Positions 18,103-26,277 of a stretch of DNA of 64,000 nucleotides are shown here, one piece after another. Where the stretch lies: assembly GCA_041676645.1 (NCBI GenBank), contig JBAYRO010000003.1, positions 10,888 to 74,887 of the forward strand, given 5' to 3'. This stretch comes from Burkholderiaceae bacterium. Lineage in GTDB: Bacteria; Pseudomonadota; Gammaproteobacteria; Burkholderiales; Burkholderiaceae_E. The notes under the pieces are model-generated. The model saw only the letters and a list, made by a program, of their open reading frames with translations, was not told the DNA's origin and made no database searches. Numbering within the stretch: the first letter of the stretch is position 1; each line of letters begins with the position of its first letter. Made by a program: the position numbers and the translations under genes.

Positions 18103-19488
18103 ATGGGCAGCCGGTCGACAGCGTCTGGACTCGACGCGATGATGGACAAACCCCTGTACCGCGTGGCGGCGGCGGGGCTGGATCCGCGCGATGCGCGGCT
18201 GATCGAGATCGTCTTTCGCCACAGCCAGTACAACCGCTACGCCTTCCAGTTCGTGCCGGTCGATTCCTTCGACGCGGTCGACATCCTCATCGTCAATACC
18301 GTCGAGGCCGAAGGCCTGCGCGCGCTCGCCCGGATGCGCAGCCTCGGCACCGAAGTCCCGGTGGTCGCGGCGGTGCCGCGCGGCGCGCCCAGCTCCGCCC
18401 GCCACGCGATATCGATCGACCGACTCACCTTGCAGCTCTTGCCGATCCTCAATCGGGTCGTCGAGCTCGAGCTCGCGGATCCCGATACCCGACCGATGCT
18501 CGTCGAGCCTCCCGGTCCGCGACCGGTGGCCGGCGCCGCGCCCGTGCGCGCCCCGATGTTCGCCGCCAGCATGGCGGACGGGCAGGGCGCTGAGTCGGCG
18601 CCCGCCCAGGTGGGCGGGACGGTCGCCGCCCCTGCCGCGACCCGGCCATCGGCGCCGGTCGGCGCACGCGCGCCCGCGGCGAACCCGCTGCCGCCGGCGC
18701 GGGCCATGCGACCGGCCGGCGGGTTCGGCGCGGCGGCGACGGCACCGGCATCCACGCAGGGTCCGGCCGGGCAGGCGGCACCGACGCCGTCGACGCCCGC
18801 GCCGCCATTCTCGTCGCGCCTGCCGCATCGTGTCGGCCGCTTCGCCGCGCCCGCGGACGACCTTCCGCGCCGCCGATCCGAAACGGCCCGCACGGCGCCG
18901 GAGCCGGCGCCGGCGGCTCCGGCGCGCCATGCTGCGGCCGCCGGTCCGGCGCGGGATGCTCCCGTGCGCCAGGCCACGGCGGGTCTTCCGCCGGCCGACC
19001 TGCCGGCCCCGGGCGCACGCATCCAGGTCCTGGTCGTCGATGACAGCCCCACCGTGCGCCGGCAGCTGACGCTCGCGTTCGAGCGGATGGGCGCCGCCTG
19101 CGACGCGGTGCCGAGCGCCGTCGCGGGCCTCGAACGGATGGCCGCCATACGCTACGACCTGGTGCTCGTCGACGTCGTCATGCCCGAGATCGACGGCTAC
19201 CAGCTCACCCGCGAGATCCGGCGCCGGCATCGCGGCATCCCGGTGATCATCCTGACCAGCCGGTCCTCACCCTTCGATCTCGCGCGCGGCGCGCTGGCGG
19301 GCTGCTCCAGCTATCTCGTCAAGCCGGTCACGCTGCGCAAGCTCGAGGCGGCCGTCATCAAGGTCCTGCGCAAGACACTCGCGATCGACGATCTCAGCGG
19401 ATTGCTGCGCCCGATCTCGTTGTATGCTCCGGCGTCGAGCCGGCCGTCCGAGCCGGAAGGATCCAGAGGGCCGGCCGGGCGGCAGTAG
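18103..19488 (+). CDS. Response regulator: degenerate receiver-like N domain, Pro/Ala-rich linker, C-terminal PilG-like receiver
   Basis: C terminus: VLVVDDSPTVRR...LVLVDVVMPEIDGYQ...PVIILTSRSSPFDLARGALAGCSSYLVKP. N terminus is REC-like but has DILIVN where the acceptor Asp is expected. Start ambiguous (18103, 18139 or 18142). Confidence 0.75.
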   Translation: MGSRSTASGLDAMMDKPLYRVAAAGLDPRDARLIEIVFRHSQYNRYAFQFVPVDSFDAVDILIVNTVEAEGLRALARMRSLGTEVPVVAAVPRGAPSSARHAISIDRLTLQLLPILNRVVELELADPDTRPMLVEPPGPRPVAGAAPVRAPMFAASMADGQGAESAPAQVGGTVAAPAATRPSAPVGARAPAANPLPPARAMRPAGGFGAAATAPASTQGPAGQAAPTPSTPAPPFSSRLPHRVGRFAAPADDLPRRRSETARTAPEPAPAAPARHAAAAGPARDAPVRQATAGLPPADLPAPGARIQVLVVDDSPTVRRQLTLAFERMGAACDAVPSAVAGLERMAAIRYDLVLVDVVMPEIDGYQLTREIRRRHRGIPVIILTSRSSPFDLARGALAGCSSYLVKPVTLRKLEAAVIKVLRKTLAIDDLSGLLRPISLYAPASSRPSEPEGSRGPAGRQ

Positions 19489-19518
19489 CGCCCGCCGACA
19501 GCCAGGAGTGAAGATTCC

Positions 19519-19623
19519 ATGGACCGGCGTAGTGCCGCGCTGATCGTCGATTGCAGCGCATGCCGCGATCGGCGCTCTGGCGGGCCGACGAGCGGATTCG
19601 GAGCCCGCCGCCATGCCGGCTAG
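19519..19623 (+). CDS. Hypothetical 34-codon ORF (MDRRSAALIVDCSACRDRRSGGPTSGFGARRHAG), possibly a relic of a PilH-like receiver
   Basis: AGGAG at 19504-19508, 10 nt before ATG 19519. Its stop (19621-19623) overlaps the CheW-like start (19613). ALIVDCS resembles REC strand beta-1. Too short for the ORF track. Confidence 0.2.
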   Translation: MDRRSAALIVDCSACRDRRSGGPTSGFGARRHAG

Positions 19624-20113
19624 GATGAACGATCCCCAGGCTCGCGATCGCCCGCCGGGGCCTCGCCCACAGCCGCGGCCGGTCGCGCCGGCGCCGGGAC
19701 GCTTCGGTGTGCTGTTCGGCGGCGCCGGCCTGCTGCTGCCCGCGGGCCTCGCATGCGAGTTCGTCGACGAAGCCGAAGTCCATCCCGTGCCTGGCGCGCC
19801 ATCGCGCCTGCGTGGCCTGATGCAGCGCCAGGGTCGCCCGCTGCCGGTTTTCGGTTCATCCCCGGCCCGGTCCTTCGGTCGCCAGCGCCTGCGGGTCCTG
19901 GTGATCGATGAAGGCCGCAATGCGGCCGCCCTCGAGATCGATTTCCCGCCGGAGCCGGTCGATCCCGTTGACGCCTGCGACGCGGCGACGCCTTGTCCAC
20001 CGGCCTGTCCCCCCGGCGCGCTCGAGCGGGCCTGGCGCTGCGCCGGGCACGAGGAGATGTTCTGGGAGTTCGATCCCGGCCGTCTCTTCGAGCTTCTGGG
20101 CGGATGTCGATGA
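19613..20113 (+). CDS. CheW-like coupling protein (PilI-like)
   Basis: CheW-domain pattern FGVLFGGAGLLLPAGLACEFVDEAEVHPVPGAPSRLRGLMQRQGRPLPVFG...LRVLVIDEG. Its stop overlaps the MCP start. Confidence 0.72.
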   Translation: MPARMNDPQARDRPPGPRPQPRPVAPAPGRFGVLFGGAGLLLPAGLACEFVDEAEVHPVPGAPSRLRGLMQRQGRPLPVFGSSPARSFGRQRLRVLVIDEGRNAAALEIDFPPEPVDPVDACDAATPCPPACPPGALERAWRCAGHEEMFWEFDPGRLFELLGGCR

Positions 20114-22224
20114 GACCGGGGGACGTCGCGGCGCAGGAGCGGGGCTGGCGCGCGACGATCGGTCGCTGCTGGCGCGCCTGGCGAGAATACTCCGCCGATC
20201 CGGCGATCGCCGCTTGCCTCGCGGTCTGCGTGCTGCTGCTCGCGGCGCTGGCGCAACTCGGCTGGAGCGCGGCGCGCGCCGGCCAGGAGCGGGCCGGCGA
20301 CTTCATCGGCATCGAACGCGATCATCGGGTCCGGGCGATCACGCGGGTTGCCGACGACGCGACGGCCGCCCTGGGTGCGACGGTCTCGAGCAGCGGCTGG
20401 AAGAGCGCCGCTGCCGGGCTCGAGAAGGCGGCCGCCCGGCTCGACGCCGCCGGCGAGGATCTCGCGGCGATTGCGGCGGGCCTCGATGCCGATCGTGACC
20501 GCGACGATGGTCGCGCCGCCGGCGCATCGGCGGCCGCCGACTATCGATGGGCGGTCGGCGAGCTGCGCAGCGTGCTGGCCCCGCTGCTGGCCAGCGCATC
20601 GATCGATTCCCTGCGGGTGGTTCGTCGTGCCGATGGACGGGTGCTTCACGACAGTACCGGTGAGTCGATCGGTCGCCTGGTGCCGGAAATCCCGCGGATT
20701 CTCGGGACAGCCGGCCTGGGCGAGGGCATGCGGGTGCTGGCCTATCCGATGCTCGGCGCTTCGCCGGGCGGCCTGGTCATGGTGGCTTCGGAAGGCGGCA
20801 ACGGTCCGCTGGTGCTCGGCGCCAGCGTCGCGCTGGCGAACGTGGCGAGCGATTCGGGAACTCGCATCACTCTGGTCGACGGCAACGGCCGGATGCGCTC
20901 CTGGCAGTACGGCCGCACGGCCGCGGTCAGTGAAGAGGCGGCGCGGCTCTACCGGGCATCGCTTGCGGCGACGCCGGATCCCGACGTCGAGCTGGCGGTG
21001 GCCCGCCTGCGGATCGCCGGCGCTCCCCTGACGCTCATCGTCGAGCCGGCGGCGGGAGGTCGCGCCTCGGGATGGGCGGCTTTCGCGTGGCCGGCGCTCC
21101 TGCTCGTGCTCGTCGCCGGCCTGGCGATGGCCTGGCTCTGGCGGCGGGTGCGCGGGACGCCGCGCCGATCGCCGGCGACGGTCTTCGGCGATTCGACGCT
21201 GGCCCTCGACGAAACCGACGACGGCGCGGCACTCGACGATTCCGTGATCGCGATCATGCGCGCGGTGGGAAGGATCGCGACCAGTCGGGACCTCACCATC
21301 CGGGTGCCGGTGACCGAGGACGTGACCGGGGCGATATCCGATGCCCTCAATCTGCTCACCGAGGAGACCGGCAGGGCTTTTCGCGAGGTCGGCGTCGTGT
21401 CGGGCGATGTCGCCCGGGCGACGATCGCGGTGCGCGGGCAGGGCCAGCGAGCCGCCGAGGCGGCCCGTACCGAGTTGCGCGAAGTCGATCTCGCCGCGCA
21501 GGAACTTGCCGCGGCGGCCCGCGCCCTGACCGGCGTGGCCGAGCTTGCCCGGCGCGTCGATCGCAGCGCCGCGCTGGCGGTGGCGGCCAACGCGGCAGCC
21601 GCTGCCGGCGTGGAACGGACTGGCGAAGGGGTGACGCGGGCGCGCGACCTGATCCGCGATACCGAGAAGCAGGTCAAGCGACTCGGTGAGCGCTCCCAGG
21701 AGATCGGCCAGGTCGTTGCGCTGATTCGCTCGATATCGGAGCGAACCGGCATCCTCGCGCTCAATGCATCGATCCAGGCCGCCACGCAACGCGAGCAGGG
21801 CCGCGGCTTCGGTTCGGTGGCCGACGAGGTCAAGCGGCTTTCGGGAACGACCCGGGAGTCCACCGAGCGGATCACCCACCTGGTCGCGGCAATCCAGACC
21901 GATGCGGCGCAGACGGTCGCCGCGATGAGCGAGGCGATCGCGCAGGTCATCGAGGTGACCCGGCTGTCGCAGCAGGCGGGCGAGCAGATGAACAGCAGCC
22001 GTGATCGGACCCGACGGCTGGCGGCGGACATCCGCTCGATCGCGCGGACCACCGAAAGGCAGGCTCGCGCGAGCACGGTGCTCAAGGACCGTGCCGACCG
22101 CATCCGCGGCTCGAGCGCCCAGACGGCGGCAGCGCTCGAGGCGCAGGCCGAGGAAACCCAGCGCCTGGCCGAATCGGCGCGCCGTCTGCTGGCCGCGGTC
22201 TCGACGTTCAGGGTCGATCCATGA
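20104..22224 (+). CDS. Methyl-accepting chemotaxis protein (PilJ-like)
   Basis: Two TM segments (CLAVCVLLLAALAQLGW; WPALLLVLVAGLAMAWLW). Conserved signalling hairpin LALNASIQAATQREQGRGFGSVADEVKRLS. Confidence 0.85.
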   Translation: MSMRPGDVAAQERGWRATIGRCWRAWREYSADPAIAACLAVCVLLLAALAQLGWSAARAGQERAGDFIGIERDHRVRAITRVADDATAALGATVSSSGWKSAAAGLEKAAARLDAAGEDLAAIAAGLDADRDRDDGRAAGASAAADYRWAVGELRSVLAPLLASASIDSLRVVRRADGRVLHDSTGESIGRLVPEIPRILGTAGLGEGMRVLAYPMLGASPGGLVMVASEGGNGPLVLGASVALANVASDSGTRITLVDGNGRMRSWQYGRTAAVSEEAARLYRASLAATPDPDVELAVARLRIAGAPLTLIVEPAAGGRASGWAAFAWPALLLVLVAGLAMAWLWRRVRGTPRRSPATVFGDSTLALDETDDGAALDDSVIAIMRAVGRIATSRDLTIRVPVTEDVTGAISDALNLLTEETGRAFREVGVVSGDVARATIAVRGQGQRAAEAARTELREVDLAAQELAAAARALTGVAELARRVDRSAALAVAANAAAAAGVERTGEGVTRARDLIRDTEKQVKRLGERSQEIGQVVALIRSISERTGILALNASIQAATQREQGRGFGSVADEVKRLSGTTRESTERITHLVAAIQTDAAQTVAAMSEAIAQVIEVTRLSQQAGEQMNSSRDRTRRLAADIRSIARTTERQARASTVLKDRADRIRGSSAQTAAALEAQAEETQRLAESARRLLAAVSTFRVDP

Positions 22225-25200
22225 CCGGAAGTATCCCGACCGATTCCGGACCGCGTCGCGATGGCGCGCGCGGAGCGCTCGCCGCCATCGAAGCGGCGGC
22301 GGTGGCGATGCTCGAGCCGCTGATGCTCGAGCCGGGCACGGAGGAAGCGTCGGCCTGGGCAGGACAGATCGCCGATCGCGCCGATGCGCTCGCGCGGCAG
22401 GCGCGACCGGCCGGGCTGGACGGCATCGCCTTCACCGCCGAACTCGTGCGCGACCAGCTGCGCACCGGCGATGTCGAGGCGGCCGAGCCCGGTTTCACCC
22501 AGGCGGGGCGCTGGGCAAGCGGCCTGATCGCATTCATCGGGGGGCACCTGGATGCCGCCGGCCGTCGCGGCTGGCTGGCGGACCTGGGTCGCTGGCCGGC
22601 ACTGGCGCATCGTCTCGACGAAGCGATGCTGGCGCGACTCGACGGGCAGCTTGCCGCCGACCAGGCCCGAATCGGGCACTGGCGCGATGCGCAGGTCGAT
22701 GACGGGGCCGACGGCGCCGCGCCGTGGGCGGAGCCCGAAGCGCCCGCCGGCGATCCGGCGCGCTTGCCGACGCAGGGCATGGGCGGACCCGAAGTGGCGG
22801 GCGATGAGCTCATGCTGCTCGCCGAGGCCTGCCAGGAACTGGAGGATCTGCTGCGGCCGGTCCTGGCCGCCTGGTGCGCCGATGGCGAAGGGCATTGCGC
22901 CGATCCCGAAGCCGTCGGGGAGGCGATCGAAGAGTTCTCGGACCGGCTCGGGCAGTTCGGCGCCGCGCTCGGCTTCATCGGGCTCGATGCGCTCGCGACG
23001 CTGCTGGGGCAGGGCGCCGTCGCGGTTGCCGGACTGCGCCTCGATCCCGCGAACGCGCCGGTGGCCTTGCGCGAGGCCATCCTCGCCTGGCCGGGCCTGT
23101 GGCAGCGGGCGTTCCGCGGCAATGACGAGGACGTGATCCTCGCGGCGCTGGCGCTCCATCGCCGGGCCGGCCTCGGCGAGAATGAGGTGATCGATCGCGC
23201 CGGCGAGCAGTGGCGCTCGATCCGCAGGATCGGCTCGCGCCGCGTCGCCCGGCATCGGCCGCTCGATCCCGGCCAGGACCTGTCGCTGGCGGTGGCCGAC
23301 GATACCGATCCGGAAGTGCTCGCGCAATTGCTGCGCGAGCTGCCCGCGCTCTGCGATGCCTTGTCGAGCAGCATGGAACGCTTGCTGGCCGGTGATGTCG
23401 CGATGTTCGAGCCTGTGCGTCGCGCGGCCCATACCCTGAAAGGCGCGGCCAACACCGCCGGCATCGGCGGGGTCGCGCGTTTCACCCATGCCCTCGAGGA
23501 CCTGCTGCTGCTCGCCGAGCACTCCCATGCGCTCGCCGATCCGATGCTTGCCGACACCCTCGGCGAATCGGTCGACACCCTGGCGGGGATGGTCGATGCG
23601 GTGGCAGGCCTGGCGCCGCCGCCGCAAGGCATGGCGGCCGTCTATCGGACCCTGCTCGAATGGCTCGAGAGGCTGCCTGGCGTCGACGCGCCCGGCGAGG
23701 ATGCGGACCCGTCCGCGCCCGTCGAGCCGGAGCCGGTCGAATCGCAGCCGGCCGAATCGCAGTCGGAGTCGGCCGAAACGGCGCCGGCGCATGCCGCGCC
23801 GACGGACGAAGGCGGCGCGGCTCTCGAAGGAGAGCCGGTGCTTCGGGTCCCGGGAAGCCTCGTCGACCGTCTCGTCGACGCCTCGACCGAAGCCGTCATC
23901 GCACTGGCCCAGATGCAGGAGCGGATCGAGGAGCTCGGCAGGATTCGCCGGGCGATCCGGCTCGGGGCGCAGCGCGCCCGGGATCTGGCCCTCGAGGCCG
24001 AGCAGCTGGTCGATGCCCTGCGCCGGCTGGCGCCCGCTGCGGGGGAGCGGCCGTCATCCCTGTCGGACGACCCCTCGATCGGGGTCGGGGAGTTCGATGC
24101 GCTCGAACTGGCCCGGCACGACGACCTCGATCGGCTCTCGGGCCGGATCGCCGAGGTCGGTGCCGACGGACAATTGCTCGAGGCCGAGTTCGGTGGACAG
24201 CTCGACGCGATGGCCGAGCTGGCGGCGCGGCTCGACCGGGCGCAGGGCGAACTGCGCGACACGGCCTTGCGCACGCGGATGATCCCGGTGGCCGACGTGG
24301 CCCCACGCCTTGCGCGGGCCGCCCGCCAGGCGTCGCGGATCGCGGGCAAGACGGTGGAACTGGTGATACACGGCCGCGAGCAGCTGTTCGAGGCGAGCCT
24401 GCTGCAGGCGCTCATCGAACCGCTGGGCCATCTCATCCGGAACGCGGTCGACCATGGCATCGAGGATGCGGACGGGCGCCGTATGGCGGGGAAGGCGCCG
24501 GCCGGGCGCATCGACATCGCGTTCGAACGTGCTCGCGCCGGGCAGCTCCAGGTGATCGTCGAGGACGACGGGCGCGGGCTCGACATCGAACGGGTGCGCC
24601 GGCGGGCGAGCGAGCGCGGAATCGAAGTCGCCGACTGGAACGATCCGGCCGAAGTGGCGCGGGTGCTGTGCGCTGCGGACTTCAGCACCCGCGACGAGGC
24701 CACCCAGCTCTCGGGCAGGGGGCTGGGCCTTGGCCTGGTCGCCGAGACGGTGGCCGAGCATCGTGGCCGGCTCGAGATCGGCGCGGCCCCGGGCGGCGGT
24801 CTGCGGGTGGTGGCGAGACTGCCGCAGGAATTCGCGTCCGTCGGTGTGCTGTTGCTGCGCTCACCGTCGATCTCGCTGGCGCTGACGGTGGCGTCGATCG
24901 AATCGATCGTTCCAGTGCGCGATGCGCCCGGTGGCGGCAGCGTCATCGAAGCCGGGCCACGCGGGCCGCTGCGCCTGGTTCCGCTTGCCGAACTGCTGGG
25001 GCTGCCGGCCGACAGCCTGGCGCCGCCTCCCGATGCGCTGCCCGAGCCCGATGTCGTCCTGGTGCTCGCGCGCCCGGCCGGCGATGTCGAGGCGGTGCGC
25101 GTGCCGCCGCCGGGTCCGGCCCGCCAGGTCGTGGTCCATCCCTTGCCGGCCTTCATGCCCCCGATCGCGGGGCTCGAAGGCGCCGCCGTCCTCGGTGACG

Positions 25201-25658
25201 GCACGGTGGCGCCGGTCATCGACCTCGGGGCGATCACGCCGGAGACCTCGCGCATGGTGGCGTCGGACACACGCTCCGTGCGGGCGCAGCGTCCCCGTTG
25301 TCTCGTCGTCGACGATTCGGTCAGCGTGCGCCATGCGATGCAGGCGCTCGCGAGCGACCTGGGCCTGGCGGTGGACGCCGCGGGCGACGGTGTCGATGCG
25401 CTCGCGCTGATCGACCGGCATGCGCCTTCGATCGCGCTGATCGACCTGGAGATGCCCCGGATGAACGGGCTCGAACTGGCCCGGGCGATGCGCGCGCGGC
25501 CGGAAACCGCCGCTATCCCGATCATCATGCTGACTTCGCGCGCTTCGAGCCGGCATCGCAGCCATGCCCTTGCCGCGGGGGTGTCGCATTTCCTGCCCAA
25601 GCCCTTCGTGGAGGACGAACTGTCGAGACTCATTCTCGATTGCCTGCGGGAAGGCTGA
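22221..25658 (+). CDS. Hybrid CheA-type histidine kinase with Hpt, HATPase, CheW-like and C-terminal receiver domains (ChpA/PilL-like)
   Basis: ATGA overlap with the MCP gene. Hpt RRAAHTLKGAANTAG, N box HLIRNAVDHGIE, G1 DDGRGLD, G2 SGRGLGLG. C-terminal REC CLVVDDSVSVR...IALIDLEMPRMNG...IIMLTSR...FLPKP. Confidence 0.9.
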   Translation: MTGSIPTDSGPRRDGARGALAAIEAAAVAMLEPLMLEPGTEEASAWAGQIADRADALARQARPAGLDGIAFTAELVRDQLRTGDVEAAEPGFTQAGRWASGLIAFIGGHLDAAGRRGWLADLGRWPALAHRLDEAMLARLDGQLAADQARIGHWRDAQVDDGADGAAPWAEPEAPAGDPARLPTQGMGGPEVAGDELMLLAEACQELEDLLRPVLAAWCADGEGHCADPEAVGEAIEEFSDRLGQFGAALGFIGLDALATLLGQGAVAVAGLRLDPANAPVALREAILAWPGLWQRAFRGNDEDVILAALALHRRAGLGENEVIDRAGEQWRSIRRIGSRRVARHRPLDPGQDLSLAVADDTDPEVLAQLLRELPALCDALSSSMERLLAGDVAMFEPVRRAAHTLKGAANTAGIGGVARFTHALEDLLLLAEHSHALADPMLADTLGESVDTLAGMVDAVAGLAPPPQGMAAVYRTLLEWLERLPGVDAPGEDADPSAPVEPEPVESQPAESQSESAETAPAHAAPTDEGGAALEGEPVLRVPGSLVDRLVDASTEAVIALAQMQERIEELGRIRRAIRLGAQRARDLALEAEQLVDALRRLAPAAGERPSSLSDDPSIGVGEFDALELARHDDLDRLSGRIAEVGADGQLLEAEFGGQLDAMAELAARLDRAQGELRDTALRTRMIPVADVAPRLARAARQASRIAGKTVELVIHGREQLFEASLLQALIEPLGHLIRNAVDHGIEDADGRRMAGKAPAGRIDIAFERARAGQLQVIVEDDGRGLDIERVRRRASERGIEVADWNDPAEVARVLCAADFSTRDEATQLSGRGLGLGLVAETVAEHRGRLEIGAAPGGGLRVVARLPQEFASVGVLLLRSPSISLALTVASIESIVPVRDAPGGGSVIEAGPRGPLRLVPLAELLGLPADSLAPPPDALPEPDVVLVLARPAGDVEAVRVPPPGPARQVVVHPLPAFMPPIAGLEGAAVLGDGTVAPVIDLGAITPETSRMVASDTRSVRAQRPRCLVVDDSVSVRHAMQALASDLGLAVDAAGDGVDALALIDRHAPSIALIDLEMPRMNGLELARAMRARPETAAIPIIMLTSRASSRHRSHALAAGVSHFLPKPFVEDELSRLILDCLREG

Positions 25659-25703
25659 AGCCCTCTTGTCCCGCGGACGGTGCTTCTATAGCATCTTCCG
25701 AGA

Positions 25704-25720
25704 GTACGGATAAGTACGGA
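25704..25720 (+). repeat. Direct repeat GTACGGA-TAA-GTACGGA just upstream of the CBS gene start
   Basis: Read directly: GTACGGA at 25704-25710 and 25714-25720. The second copy runs into the GGAGGCGGAG ribosome-binding region before ATG 25728. Confidence 0.4.
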
Positions 25721-25727
25721 GGCGGAG

Positions 25728-26192
25728 ATGCAGGTCAACGAGATTCTGAAGGTCAAGGGCAACACCTTGTTCACGGTGTCTCCCGACTCCCTGCTGTCGG
25801 ACGGCGTGATCACCATGGCCGAGAACGACATCGGCTCGCTGGTCGTGATGTCGCAGGGCCGCCTTGCCGGCATGCTGACGTTCCGTGAAGTGCTCAGGGT
25901 GCTCGCGAAACGACAGACCGAGCACCGCTCGGGGCCGACCCCTCCGGTCGCCGAGATCTACATCCGCGAGGTCATGGAGCCGAATCCCAGCATCGTTTCG
26001 CCCGCAATGGACGTCAACGAGCTGCGCCGGCTGATGGTCGAAACCCGCCAGCGCTACCTGCCCGTGATGGACGACGAAGTCCTGCTCGGCGTGGTGTCCT
26101 TCCACGACGTTGCCCGGGCGGTTCTCGACGAACAGGGCTTCGAGAACCGGATGCTCAAGGCCTATATCCGCGACTGGCCGGCCGAGGGCTGA
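25728..26192 (+). CDS. Stand-alone CBS-pair domain protein
   Basis: Two CBS-like repeats (ENDIGSLVVMSQGRLAGMLTFREVL; RQRYLPVMDDEVLLGVVSFHDVARAV). 154 aa. Confidence 0.85.
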   Translation: MQVNEILKVKGNTLFTVSPDSLLSDGVITMAENDIGSLVVMSQGRLAGMLTFREVLRVLAKRQTEHRSGPTPPVAEIYIREVMEPNPSIVSPAMDVNELRRLMVETRQRYLPVMDDEVLLGVVSFHDVARAVLDEQGFENRMLKAYIRDWPAEG

Positions 26193-26193
26193 C

Positions 26194-26218
26194 GGCGGAT
26201 CCGCATTCCGGAGCCGCC
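26194..26218 (+). terminator. Stable hairpin after the CBS gene (10-bp stem with one mismatch, 5-nt loop), no U-tract
   Basis: GGCGGATCCG-CATTC-CGGAGCCGCC read directly. Followed by a G-rich run rather than a T-rich run, so not a canonical intrinsic terminator. Confidence 0.3.
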
Positions 26219-26257
26219 GGGGGTGGGGGCTGCGCGGATGCAACGCTCGTGCCCCGT

Positions 26258-26273
26258 GGATTCGATAGAATCC
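26258..26273 (+). promoter_or_regulatory. Palindrome GGATTC-GATA-GAATCC containing a TAGAAT -10-like box just before the surE start
   Basis: TAGAAT at 26266-26271. surE ATG at 26278 (alternative 26274), 3-7 nt after the box. No convincing -35. Confidence 0.35.
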
Positions 26274-26277
26274 ATGC

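Noticed and set aside
19267-25873. Three long minus-strand ORFs (19267-21879, 20949-23792, 23642-25873; 743-947 aa)
   Set aside because: They are antisense shadows of the MCP and CheA genes. Their composition is dominated by Arg/Pro/Ala/Ser/Gly with no domains, whereas the + strand frames carry canonical MCP and CheA motifs.
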